Of a stretch of DNA of 64,000 nt, positions 36,951 to 45,825 are shown piece by piece. Each line of letters begins with the position of its first letter. Within the stretch, counting starts at the first letter, position 1. The stretch comes from a virus: the IMG/VR virus record IMGVR_UViG_3300039412_001263. One strand, given 5' to 3'. Position numbers and translations under genes: made by a program. The notes below the pieces were generated by a model. It ran no database searches and was not told the DNA's origin. It was given only the letters and a program-made list of their open reading frames with translations.

Positions 36951-36960
36951 CTATTTAAAC

Positions 36961-36983
36961 TTTACAAAACTACCTTTTGTAAA
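36961..36983. promoter_or_regulatory. Inverted repeat upstream of the recombinase (operator or recombination site)
   Basis: TTTACAAAA-CTACC-TTTTGTAAA, adjacent to a minus-strand TTTAAATA box. Confidence 0.45.
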
Positions 36984-37103
36984 AACAACATGGTAAAAAC
37001 GAAATGGAGAGCGTTTTGTCCTTTATTTAGATTTACTATATATCTATACACCCGTAAGAAACGCAAAAAACGCAAATTCCGCTACAATATTTTTATTTAA
37101 AGT

Positions 37104-38150
37104 TTAATCTTGTGCATGTAGCTGTCTCTTTAGTTCTTTTGGATCAACGGTTTGCAGATGCTTAACCTTAAGAATTTCTAACCCTAAATTTGTTAGGTCT
37201 TGCTTATAATGACTCCCAGCGCCTCTAACTGTCACTAAAAGGTTTCTTGCCCTACAGCGTTTGATAGCTTCCTTGATTGTTTCTGGATCATTGGTGTTTT
37301 TAATATCATATTCGCTCATTGGTCCTTCTTGATAAATCGTTTGCAACAAATCATAATCTCCTGGTATCATTCTTTTTATGGTTCGTTCTAAGTCATTCTC
37401 AATTATTTTGTCTTCTATTGCTATGTTTAGTTCATCAACTAGGCTCATTCTTTGTTCATCATAACGCTTATAAATATCTAATGGTACTTCATCAAACTCG
37501 AAACTTTGTTTCCAATCTTTATCTTGGTATGGTTGCCAACCATAAAAGTTTTGGTTCCAGCCAACAGAATCATATTTAGCTATTCCTCTAGTCGGTAAGT
37601 AGAGTTCATGTGTATATTTGCTAGCTAATTGTTTTGTTATTTCGTCTGGTTGGTTCATGCTAACAAATACGCATGATATTTTTGTTGCGTACGTATCCCA
37701 AGCACCCTTAAGTAAGTCCCAAGCAGGTTCATCTCTTGTCTTTGCCTTGTTACCTTGCGCTCCCCAATCATCACCAATCAACATTGGTATTCTGTTGTGA
37801 AGTCGGTGTCTTTGCTCTAAAATTCTCAGGGGTAAATTATGGTTCATTTTGTGGAGTAAGCCGGATAAGTTGAAAAAGATACAATCTAAAACCATTTCCC
37901 AATCGTGATAAATGGTATAGGCTATTCGCATTTTGCACGTGGTTTTTCCTTTGCGTGGTTCGCTCCATACTACCACGTACATCCATGAATCATCTAAGAT
38001 TGCGTGCCAAACGTCACGGATAACCTTGTACTTCATTTCTTCTTTGAACTTTTGCTTAAGGTTAACATCTATCGTTGTTGCTACCTCTTCAGATAACTTT
38101 GCGATTTCTGCATCTATTTGTTCTTGAGTTGGTGCTGGGTCACTATTCAT
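37104..38150 (-). CDS. P-loop ATPase (putative packaging/extrusion ATPase) with C-terminal wHTH-like segment
   Basis: Walker A variant SEPRKGKTT; Walker B MLIGDD; IA...D...IFF...L pattern. Confidence 0.7.
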   Translation of the reverse strand: MNSDPAPTQEQIDAEIAKLSEEVATTIDVNLKQKFKEEMKYKVIRDVWHAILDDSWMYVVVWSEPRKGKTTCKMRIAYTIYHDWEMVLDCIFFNLSGLLHKMNHNLPLRILEQRHRLHNRIPMLIGDDWGAQGNKAKTRDEPAWDLLKGAWDTYATKISCVFVSMNQPDEITKQLASKYTHELYLPTRGIAKYDSVGWNQNFYGWQPYQDKDWKQSFEFDEVPLDIYKRYDEQRMSLVDELNIAIEDKIIENDLERTIKRMIPGDYDLLQTIYQEGPMSEYDIKNTNDPETIKEAIKRCRARNLLVTVRGAGSHYKQDLTNLGLEILKVKHLQTVDPKELKRQLHAQD

Positions 38151-38542
38151 TAGAGTTTACCTTCGGGTCTAGTTTCTTTTGGTTTTGCGGTAAAATCTTT
38201 GTTTATCCAACCTTTGTCATAGAGGCTCTTTGTAACAGCTCTAATTAAATCCCTCAGTACCTTTGGTGTCTCTATGTTGATTTGTCGATGTTTTTGTTGA
38301 AGCGCAGATGCATAATGGAAAGAAGAAATAGGTTTCGCGAATACTTGAGAAACTTTATCATATTCTTCTTTGGTGTCTTCTTGGCAGTCTGGGGGAATCA
38401 CAGTTTGAATAGATAATGCTGTGTCCCATGCCGCGGAGTAATTGCCGAATGTCATTTGCTCAAAAAATTGGTTATATAGGTTTGCCCAGATACCTTGCCA
38501 TATTCCGCTTGGGTTTTGGTCGTTACTTCGGCGTTCAGTCAT
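38150..38542 (-). CDS. Hypothetical protein coupled to the ATPase
   Basis: Stop/start overlap with the ATPase at 38150. Confidence 0.7.
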   Translation of the reverse strand: MTERRSNDQNPSGIWQGIWANLYNQFFEQMTFGNYSAAWDTALSIQTVIPPDCQEDTKEEYDKVSQVFAKPISSFHYASALQQKHRQINIETPKVLRDLIRAVTKSLYDKGWINKDFTAKPKETRPEGKL

Positions 38543-38674
38543 AAATTAGTCCTATTAGTTTAATTATGTTGTATTATTTTTAAGTTTATTGGTATTTTCC
38601 CAAAAAGATGTTACAAATTAGGAAAATTATATAAGCATTAACATGTAATTAAATTAATTATTAGAGGTTTAAAA

Positions 38675-39142
38675 GTGGTTAATCCGTTAGGTTGGCTACG
38701 CAAAAAAGACGATAAAGCTTTTGACTTCAGTGCTGCCGCAGCGCATCAAGACATGGCGAACCCAAATACTTCTAGCCCAGAGCAAGATTATGTTGCTATG
38801 ATAGGCAAAATCGGTTACTTGCTGAATAGTCCAACTATGGAGCAGTTCTTTATGGAGCATCCGCATCTACGCATGTTTGTGCCAGCGTTTCAGTCTGTGA
38901 ATCGAACAACTAAGCTAAGTAACCATGAAGCTGAAATAATGTACTATGATTTCCAGATTCTTTTCACTATGGCTAAGTTAACGATGGAGCCGAGCATTTA
39001 TGAGCAGGGTGCTATGGGAATTTTTCAAGGCTTAGAAATCCTTGCGGAAACACAGATTACGGATGGAAAAGACGGTTGGAAAGGCCACTTGATAACTGAG
39101 CAAGTAAGACGGTTAGAAGTGGATTTGAACAAGAAAAAGTAA
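38675..39142 (+). CDS. Hypothetical protein
   Basis: First gene of an operon divergent from the ATPase. Confidence 0.7.
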   Translation: MVNPLGWLRKKDDKAFDFSAAAAHQDMANPNTSSPEQDYVAMIGKIGYLLNSPTMEQFFMEHPHLRMFVPAFQSVNRTTKLSNHEAEIMYYDFQILFTMAKLTMEPSIYEQGAMGIFQGLEILAETQITDGKDGWKGHLITEQVRRLEVDLNKKK

Positions 39143-39156
39143 GAGGTTGATTAAGG

Positions 39157-39876
39157 TTGGCTCTTGAAGAATTAAACACGTTTCTAGGTTTACCCGCATT
39201 TATGTGGTTCTTTATTGCCATAGCAGTAGGAATCGCTTTTGTAATTGTGATTACGGTCCATGAGTTTTTCATTATGACTTCTTTCGCTAAACATGCTAGG
39301 GCAATGAAGTGGTCCAAGGGGTTGGCAGCGTTGATTCAAGATAATAATGTGGTTCGGCTACTTTTTAGCAATGGAGAACTGCCGGAAGGATTGTTTTTGA
39401 TTAGGGGTAAATGGTTTTTGCGTCCTCAAACTCCTTACCTTGGCAACACTACTTCTCAGCGTGGACCTGGAAGGCCAAGTAATGAAGAAAAGGCTCAAAC
39501 TCAAGATGGCAAAGCTATAGATGTTTTAAGTAAAGATAGCCGTGAAGCGTTAACTGAGGTTTTGCAGTGTCCTATTTTGGAAGGTGTTGGTAAGCCCTTG
39601 TTTGTTGGGTGTGTCAATCAACCTATGCTTACGAATATTTCTACTGTGGCCCATGCTGACTTGACTCGGATAAGAGAGATTATTCCAGAGACTTTAACGC
39701 AGACTCAACTTGATGCTTTGCATACTTATAGCAAGATTAAGGGGATTAAGATGGCTGGTAAGGAGCAGATGAAAATTATTTACTTGGCGATTGCAGCGGT
39801 TATGGTGATTGGCAGTTTGGGGCTGATTGTTTACTTGTTAACTCAGCACTCAAGTTTCCTGTTGGCGCTAATCTAA
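39157..39876 (+). CDS. Membrane protein with N- and C-terminal TM helices
   Basis: Hydrophobic ends; C-terminus LLTQHSSFLLALI. Confidence 0.75.
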   Translation: MALEELNTFLGLPAFMWFFIAIAVGIAFVIVITVHEFFIMTSFAKHARAMKWSKGLAALIQDNNVVRLLFSNGELPEGLFLIRGKWFLRPQTPYLGNTTSQRGPGRPSNEEKAQTQDGKAIDVLSKDSREALTEVLQCPILEGVGKPLFVGCVNQPMLTNISTVAHADLTRIREIIPETLTQTQLDALHTYSKIKGIKMAGKEQMKIIYLAIAAVMVIGSLGLIVYLLTQHSSFLLALI

Positions 39877-39877
39877 A

Positions 39878-40030
39878 ATGAATTGGGCTGATTTGAAAGC
39901 TAAGTTACATAAGTGGTATAAGGATATAACTATATGGTCAGCTTTCGCTATTTGTGCTGTTATTGCTTCTTTTGTGATTGCGGCTTGGCTTTTGAGTCAG
40001 CACTCAGGCTTCTTGCTGTTGCTGATTTAA
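39878..40030 (+). CDS. Small membrane protein (50 aa)
   Basis: Translated by hand; ends LLSQHSGFLLLLI, matching the C-terminus of the upstream gene. Confidence 0.65.
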   Translation: MNWADLKAKLHKWYKDITIWSAFAICAVIASFVIAAWLLSQHSGFLLLLI

Positions 40031-40033
40031 TGA

Positions 40034-40351
40034 ATGCTTAAGGTGGTGAAAATCACGGAGAAAAAACCCATAACTCAAAATGAAGTGCTTAGATTGCTGG
40101 ATAGTTCTCTTTTTGCAGGTTTGGTTGGCATTGTTATGGCTATTTTTGCTCTTAACATTAGTAGTTTAGTTTTAGCTGATATTTTCGGTGTTTGTATGGT
40201 TGCTGAGTTTGTTATCTGTGTTTTGGCTTATGTTAAAGCTGTGCAGTTGAGACTTCGACTTGGTAAGCTAGGGCAATGGAAGAAGCTAAGTCTTAGAGAA
40301 CAGTTAGATTTGCATGAGTGGCGTAAAAATGCGGAAACTTCAGGTAACTAA
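40034..40351 (+). CDS. Two-TM membrane protein
   Basis: Two hydrophobic helices. Confidence 0.65.
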   Translation: MLKVVKITEKKPITQNEVLRLLDSSLFAGLVGIVMAIFALNISSLVLADIFGVCMVAEFVICVLAYVKAVQLRLRLGKLGQWKKLSLREQLDLHEWRKNAETSGN

Positions 40352-41393
40352 GCCTTTTTGGTTTCTCTGCATCCTAATTATTGCTGTAGCATTTGCATCT
40401 ACTTTAGCGGTTGTTCTCTCCACAACTTATCCGGTCGGCGCTGATTTTTTTTATCACCTTTCAATAGCTCAACTGTTGGCTAAAGGTAACATTTCTGGTG
40501 CTGTAAACTATAATTTAGCTGACATAAAGTTTCCTTATGGTTTCTATGTTAGCTTATTTGAGTTTTTGTTGGTTCCTTCGGTTTGGTTTGGCCAGGCTTA
40601 TTTATTTGCTCGTGTTTTGCAAGTGTTGTTTTTGCCTTGTACTTTAGCGGCTACTATGTGGCTTGTCTATCGCTTTGGTTCGCCTAAAGCGGCTGTGTTT
40701 ACGGGGATGGTTTTGTTTGCAAGTTGGAGTTTCTTTGATGGTGCGTTGCAGGTGCGTCCTGAAAGTCTTGATTTGCTGTTGTACCCTTTGATTGTGGCTG
40801 CATTGTTGGGTGCTAAGAAAGTAAGGTTTGTCGGGTACGCTTTGGTCACGGTGTATAGTCATGGGATAGCGGCTTTAAGCAACGTGTATGGTTTAGCCCT
40901 GTATAAGTTGAGGGATAAGGCTTGGCGAAAAACTATTGTTGCTGCTACTTTAGCTGTGCTTCCTGTACTGGTTATATCAGTGTTATATATTGGCGGTGCA
41001 GTTCAGAAGTGGGGAGGCTACGGCTTAACTGAGAATCCGCAGGAGCATCTTTTCTGGACTGATCCAGTAGGCTTCATTCCTTATTATATGGGTGCTTCAA
41101 TGCTGGGGATTCCTTTCTTGTTTAAGCGGGGCAAAAGTGATTTTGAGAAGTTGGTGCTTTGGGGTTTACTTGGCAACTTAATTATGTTGCCGTTCTGGGC
41201 TGACCGATGGCTTCACTACGTTAGCTTGCCCTTGTCAATCTTTGCTGGCGTAGGAATAGCTGGGTTAAAGGGCAGGTGGAAGCTTGTGTTTGTTTTGGCG
41301 TTGCTGGATATTTTTGTTGTTTACATGATAAGTTACTTTGCGTTTTCGTTTGGTTGGGGCGGTCAATGGGCGCAACCTGGAGCTGGAGCTTAA
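40314..41393 (+). CDS. Polytopic membrane protein, GT-C-fold glycosyltransferase-like
   Basis: About 10 TM helices; first loop YPVGADFFYHL (P.G.D...H acidic motif typical of GT-C); later RPE and DRW motifs. Confidence 0.6.
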   Translation: MSGVKMRKLQVTKPFWFLCILIIAVAFASTLAVVLSTTYPVGADFFYHLSIAQLLAKGNISGAVNYNLADIKFPYGFYVSLFEFLLVPSVWFGQAYLFARVLQVLFLPCTLAATMWLVYRFGSPKAAVFTGMVLFASWSFFDGALQVRPESLDLLLYPLIVAALLGAKKVRFVGYALVTVYSHGIAALSNVYGLALYKLRDKAWRKTIVAATLAVLPVLVISVLYIGGAVQKWGGYGLTENPQEHLFWTDPVGFIPYYMGASMLGIPFLFKRGKSDFEKLVLWGLLGNLIMLPFWADRWLHYVSLPLSIFAGVGIAGLKGRWKLVFVLALLDIFVVYMISYFAFSFGWGGQWAQPGAGA

Positions 41394-41469
41394 TGAAGAA
41401 ATTTCGTAGTTCAATAAAAGCCAAGGACCGCAAAACTCAAAGTCTTAAAATCGACAAGGAAGCGAAAGA

Positions 41470-41739
41470 ATGAGTGAAGTAAAATCAGATAATTTCAAAG
41501 CTGGATATTTTACTGTTCATATTCCACAAAAAGATTTGGATATGGGTATATACCATTTCACAGTTTATGTACCTAAAACAGAACTTAGTGATCCAAACAA
41601 AAAAGGTAAGATTGGCTCATATCAAATTCAAGTATTGCCAACTGGAAAGATTTTTGGTAAACCATTGAAAGAAATTCCAATACTGCGTAGTATGCTTAGT
41701 AAGTATACTACTATTGACTTAGTAGTTCAGGAGAGTTAA
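41470..41739 (+). CDS. Hypothetical beta-rich protein
   Basis: Clean ORF; internal FTVHIP/FTVYVP repeat. Confidence 0.55.
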   Translation: MSEVKSDNFKAGYFTVHIPQKDLDMGIYHFTVYVPKTELSDPNKKGKIGSYQIQVLPTGKIFGKPLKEIPILRSMLSKYTTIDLVVQES

Positions 41740-41762
41740 GCAAAATTAAGATACGGAAACTT

Positions 41763-42029
41763 TTGGTTGCTTCTGTGATTCTGTTTTGTGTTTTTTTGTT
41801 GTCTGGAGGCTTAGATGATTTGAAATCTTACATTTTTGGTGCAAGTTCAATCGCTGAATACCGTTTTGCTACGATAGCGCCTTTTTTCGGAGGGTTTGTT
41901 TTGATTGGGTTTTTCGGGTTACTATACATTTACCGTAATGCTAGGAGCTGGAAATGTTTACTTGGGTTTTTGATTGTCGGCTTCTGTTACTTTGCGATTG
42001 AAACTTTGTTTCAGGCAGTTACAACATGA
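41763..42029 (+). CDS. Small membrane protein
   Basis: Three hydrophobic segments. Confidence 0.55.
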   Translation: MVASVILFCVFLLSGGLDDLKSYIFGASSIAEYRFATIAPFFGGFVLIGFFGLLYIYRNARSWKCLLGFLIVGFCYFAIETLFQAVTT

Positions 42030-42220
42030 CTACAGAGAAATTGTATGTCATTTGGACAATCATAAATTTTGTTTGCGGTTCACTCGTGAAATATTTTATA
42101 TTCTTCACCTTAAATTACTGGATGATATTCGGAATAAGTTTAGTATTGGCTTTTCTGGAAACTAACTTACTCGCAGTAAGTCGTAAATTTCGTAAGAAAG
42201 TGACAAAAACATGCGATTAA
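42026..42220 (+). CDS. Small two-TM membrane protein
   Basis: ATGA overlap; hydrophobic. Confidence 0.55.
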   Translation: MTTEKLYVIWTIINFVCGSLVKYFIFFTLNYWMIFGISLVLAFLETNLLAVSRKFRKKVTKTCD

Positions 42221-42552
42221 GAGTCAGAGAGAAAGAGAAACTTTGGAATCTTGATGAACATAAATATCGTTGTACAAGATACGACTTAATTAGCCAACTA
42301 TACAGAATCTATAACTAGCAACAAAGGTGAATAACAAACGATTGTGAGATTTCCAAGGGCTGCGGTTTTATCGGTTGTTTTTGCGGTAGCGTTCACGGTT
42401 GCTTTGTGGTTGCTTCAGCCTTATGTCATTCATGTGCCTGTTAAGTCGATTAATGAAACTGGTTTGCCTTGGTGGTTGCAGTAAACCCCTAAAAGAAATG
42501 TTTTAACAAACCTTATTAAGATTAAGCGTATATGTGATTATGTGATTAAATA

Positions 42553-42693
42553 ATGTGCAGAATAACAGTCAACTTAACAAAAGCTAACAACGATAAATTA
42601 AGAACACTTAACAGAAAAAAAGGCGATCTCAGCATCTACATTAACCAAGCGCTAGAACTTTATTTTGCCACAAAAAGTGGTGACGAGAAATGA
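42553..42693 (+). CDS. RHH DNA-binding protein (46 aa)
   Basis: Translated by hand: MCRITVNLTKANNDKLRTLNRKKGDLSIYINQALELYF; preceded by tandem TGTGATTA x2 (42533-42548). Confidence 0.7.
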   Translation: MCRITVNLTKANNDKLRTLNRKKGDLSIYINQALELYFATKSGDEK

Positions 42694-42902
42694 CATACAA
42701 AATATTCAAGATAGGATTCTTTGGAGCATTAACTTTGCTTGGAGCGATGATGGTGACAATTATTCTTTCAAAAGAAACTTTTGTTTATGTAGGGCAATAT
42801 TTTGTTACCGCTATATTCGTTATGGTTATGATTGCTTTTGTAGGTGCTTTTGTAGGAGATTTCACCAGTTACGACAAAACAGTCAACAAGGAGGAAAAAT
42901 AA
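42690..42902 (+). CDS. Two-TM membrane protein
   Basis: Hydrophobic hairpin. Confidence 0.6.
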   Translation: MTYKIFKIGFFGALTLLGAMMVTIILSKETFVYVGQYFVTAIFVMVMIAFVGAFVGDFTSYDKTVNKEEK

Positions 42903-42903
42903 A

Positions 42904-43146
42904 GTGAAAGCAAACAAACTAAAAACTGGATACACAACAATGGCAGTCAGTTGCATTTTCGCTGCACTTGGACTTATCGGCTTCGGACTATTAACTCTAC
43001 AGAATATCGCTCTCAATAATCTGTATGCTCTATTGTCTAGTTGGTTAATCGTTGGTGGCCTAGCGTGTTTACTTATAGGCGCAATTATTGCGTTGGCATC
43101 GCTTCCTTCCTTTTGGAGTAAGAAACAGGAGAGTAAACAAAAATGA
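42904..43146 (+). CDS. Two-TM membrane protein
   Basis: Hydrophobic hairpin. Confidence 0.6.
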   Translation: MKANKLKTGYTTMAVSCIFAALGLIGFGLLTLQNIALNNLYALLSSWLIVGGLACLLIGAIIALASLPSFWSKKQESKQK

Positions 43147-43228
43147 TTGAAATAATAATAGAAATAGCTTTCCTAATCGGATTAGCTTTCGCATATATAA
43201 TAAATGAACAAAGGAAGTCACCGTAAAA

Positions 43229-43552
43229 ATGTACAAAAATAATAAAGGCTTAGTGACACCACTTTTGGTTTTAATTGCTATATGCATTGTGGTAATCATA
43301 ATACCCATATTTATTGCTATTAGCATATCCAATAACATCAGCACAGTTACCGAAGCGAAGCTGAAAGCAGACGGCTTCAAAATAGCTACTGGAAACTTGA
43401 ACTCCCCAGCAATAATGCAAACAACACATGATTATTCTGAGTTTGTCCAAATCGCCCATAACATTAACGCTACAGTTGTTTACAAAGTTACCTACAACCC
43501 TTCATATGCGGTTATTGCCAATGACACTTATGGATGTGAATATTATCCATGA
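43229..43552 (+). CDS. Archaeal pilin-like protein (class III signal peptide)
   Basis: MYKNNKG|LVTPLLVLIAICIVV..., then a small globular domain with an NAT sequon. Confidence 0.65.
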   Translation: MYKNNKGLVTPLLVLIAICIVVIIIPIFIAISISNNISTVTEAKLKADGFKIATGNLNSPAIMQTTHDYSEFVQIAHNINATVVYKVTYNPSYAVIANDTYGCEYYP

Positions 43553-43674
43553 CTCCTTACAAGGATCCTGTGAGGCAGAAGGTGTATCAGTGTGTGTGAT
43601 TATCGGAAGAGGGAGCGAGAGGAACTTAAGCGGTTGAGGGCAGAAAAGAAACAACAAGAAGAGGAAAACAAATA

Positions 43675-43887
43675 ATGCTTTCTATTCGTGAGTGTATTCA
43701 ATTAAGGCTTTGGCGTGTAGCTTTATTCGGCTTGGTTTATTCGGGAATACTTTTTGTTTTGCTATACCTCTATAATCTTCCATTATTATTTAATACGTTT
43801 ATCTCAATATCAGTCGGCGTTAGCCTTTACTTTATACACTGTAATCTTCTAGTTACACATGTTGGAAAGGAGAACAAACAACAATGA
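43675..43887 (+). CDS. Two-TM membrane protein
   Basis: Hydrophobic hairpin. Confidence 0.55.
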   Translation: MLSIRECIQLRLWRVALFGLVYSGILFVLLYLYNLPLLFNTFISISVGVSLYFIHCNLLVTHVGKENKQQ

Positions 43888-44087
43888 AAAAGAAAATAGA
43901 TGAAGTAAGTCGCATTCTTTTTTTGCTTATTTTAGCAATGATAACTTTATTTATTGCAATGGTTCTTGCTTTCATGGGGTTGTTCGCACTCTTCTTTATG
44001 AGTACGGTTGTAGGCTTTGGGTCATTAGGTATTGGCTTATTTTTATTTTTCAAATGGTATGCAAACGAGTTCACTATTTATGAATGA
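43884..44087 (+). CDS. Two-TM membrane protein
   Basis: Hydrophobic hairpin. Confidence 0.55.
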   Translation: MKKKIDEVSRILFLLILAMITLFIAMVLAFMGLFALFFMSTVVGFGSLGIGLFLFFKWYANEFTIYE

Positions 44088-44296
44088 AGTACAAACAATT
44101 TTTGCTCTATTTTTTGAGTAACCCGCTAGCTATGTTTACTGTTGCACCTAAAACTCCTAAACCAATAACGGCGCGGGTGCTATCTGCGATTAAACGGTTT
44201 GTCTGAGTTAAACTATTACTAGAGCTGGTTCTTTTGCGAGTTTGTTTTCTATGTTTAACTTTGCGTTTAGATGTCACTTTATTTTTCTCCTTTCTC

Positions 44297-44617
44297 TTAT
44301 ATTAGCGGGTATGGATTGGATGATTGACGTTGCCTCTTTTTTCTACCTCTCCGCTCGATTCTCTCGCGTCGCCGTCTTACTTGACTTACTCGCCTGCTTT
44401 CGCGGGACCTAGTTTGCTGTGGCATTCTAAAAGGCATCATATCAGACGGGGCATCAGTCATAACATTATGTACGACATTAACGCCAACTTGGTTCATGTA
44501 ACTGCCCACTTTTTTGGCTTTCACATATAACTCTTTCCTCTTCTTTTGCGGATTTCTCACCCACTCATTCCGATACCGGATGAAGCGGTTAGCAATTTTG
44601 TTTCCTATAGAACTCAT
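44297..44617 (-). CDS. Arg-rich basic protein
   Basis: RRRRERIERRGRKKRQRQ. Confidence 0.65.
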   Translation of the reverse strand: MSSIGNKIANRFIRYRNEWVRNPQKKRKELYVKAKKVGSYMNQVGVNVVHNVMTDAPSDMMPFRMPQQTRSRESRRVSQVRRRRERIERRGRKKRQRQSSNPYPLI

Positions 44618-44952
44618 AACTCAACCTCCTTTTCCTTTTTGGTTCTGCGTTTGCCTTTTCTTTTACGTTGCCTCTTAGGCGTATCCCATGTGAAAAGCGC
44701 GTTAGGCTTAACGTTTCCGCTTTGCGCCACAAGGTCTTTTCCAATGTTGGCGAATGCGCCCATGAGCTTCTGGTAAAACGGTTTACGGTTAGCTATTTTC
44801 TGTGCGTCTTGTTTACCTCTTAAAGCCGCGATTCTTTCTCGCTCTTTCTCTTTAGAGGCATTATAGACTTTTTGGCGCTTGTAATAGTCTTTGTCTAAAT
44901 CTTCCTTCTGCTTTTTTCTTCTGCGAGCGTTAGGATCCCAAATCCAAGCCAT
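44614..44952 (-). CDS. Lys/Arg-rich basic protein
   Basis: RRRKKQK...KRQRKRKGKRRTKK. Confidence 0.65.
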   Translation of the reverse strand: MAWIWDPNARRRKKQKEDLDKDYYKRQKVYNASKEKERERIAALRGKQDAQKIANRKPFYQKLMGAFANIGKDLVAQSGNVKPNALFTWDTPKRQRKRKGKRRTKKEKEVEL

Positions 44953-44953
44953 T

Positions 44954-45169
44954 TTAAAACACCTTTTCGGCTTCGTGTTTGCCGTATGTGATTCTTTTTG
45001 CTCCAGCCTCTAAGCTAGTGAAGTCTTTCTTGGCTGTTTGAATTGCACTTGAACCCTTACCTTTTGGGTGGCGTGTGCTTTTCTTTTTTACGGCATGGTC
45101 ATGGGCTATGCGTTTAGCTTGCATCTTGGTTGCCCAAGGATGCTCAGATTTCTCTTTTCTCCAACTCAT
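44954..45169 (-). CDS. Basic microprotein with E.EH...A..IA.DH motif
   Basis: KEKSEHPWATKMQAKRIAHDH, reminiscent of DUF5661-type viral proteins (from memory, unverified). Confidence 0.6.
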   Translation of the reverse strand: MSWRKEKSEHPWATKMQAKRIAHDHAVKKKSTRHPKGKGSSAIQTAKKDFTSLEAGAKRITYGKHEAEKVF

Positions 45170-45174
45170 AACTT

Positions 45175-45321
45175 TTATCTCCGTTTTCGCTTTTTTGTTT
45201 TCCTTTTAGTTTGCTTAGTAGAGTGAATACCAACATAACTAAAGCCCATATCAGTTATTTTATAATGGGTTGGTCCATGATAATTTTTTGGTTTTTTACC
45301 TTCAATTTCAAAGATACTCAT
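45175..45321 (-). CDS. Basic microprotein (48 aa)
   Basis: Translated by hand: MSIFEIEGKKPKNYHG...KQTKRKTKKRKRR. Confidence 0.55.
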   Translation of the reverse strand: MSIFEIEGKKPKNYHGPTHYKITDMGFSYVGIHSTKQTKRKTKKRKRR

Positions 45322-45333
45322 TTGTGTTGCACC

Positions 45334-45546
45334 TTATCTCCTTTTTTGCGCATTAATCGCAAACAAGGCCCGTCTTTTCATTGTTGTGGTTACGGTTTTT
45401 CCATGCACCTTGCTGCCGACCTTAGCTTTAACAATCTTATGCAACGTAGCTTTAGGAATCTTCTTATCCAGCGAGATTCCGAGTTGCTTGTGTAATGCTC
45501 CTTTTTTGCGTGGGTTACTTGCTTTTTGAATCCATTTACTAACCAT
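45334..45546 (-). CDS. Basic microprotein, KWIQKA...GALH.QLG...KIP type
   Basis: Motif I recall from uncharacterised viral proteins; strongly Lys-rich. Confidence 0.65.
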   Translation of the reverse strand: MVSKWIQKASNPRKKGALHKQLGISLDKKIPKATLHKIVKAKVGSKVHGKTVTTTMKRRALFAINAQKRR

Positions 45547-45547
45547 T

Positions 45548-45754
45548 TTAAATTATTCTCCCATAAGCATTTCTCTGTTTCTTCCTTTTTTGAAATTCAA
45601 TATTTGCTCTTGTTAGGTGCTGTAATGGCGTTTCGTTTTTGTAGCGAGGCATCGAATTGAAAGTTTTGGCTCTAACTTTTGCGTTGACCTTCTCTAACTC
45701 TTTGTCAATAAAGTGTACGCCATCACTCCAATCTTCTGTGTCTCGTTTTGGCAT
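45548..45754 (-). CDS. Basic hypothetical protein
   Basis: First gene of the basic-protein operon. Confidence 0.55.
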   Translation of the reverse strand: MPKRDTEDWSDGVHFIDKELEKVNAKVRAKTFNSMPRYKNETPLQHLTRANIEFQKRKKQRNAYGRII

Positions 45755-45783
45755 GTGTTTTCAACAAATCTTATAGAGTGAGT

Positions 45784-45810
45784 AAAGCTTATAAGCTTTG
45801 TCATTGACAA
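45784..45810. promoter_or_regulatory. Palindromic bidirectional promoter
   Basis: Perfect 16-bp palindrome AAAGCTTATAAGCTTT (45784-45799) containing TTATAA, overlapping TTGTCA-T-TGACAA (45798-45810), between divergent operons. Confidence 0.65.
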
Positions 45811-45825
45811 TATAACTGTGGAAGA

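Noticed and set aside
37104-38150. Terminase large subunit
   Set aside because: No RNase H-like nuclease domain and no portal or HK97 genes nearby; the motif context fits a small packaging/extrusion ATPase better.
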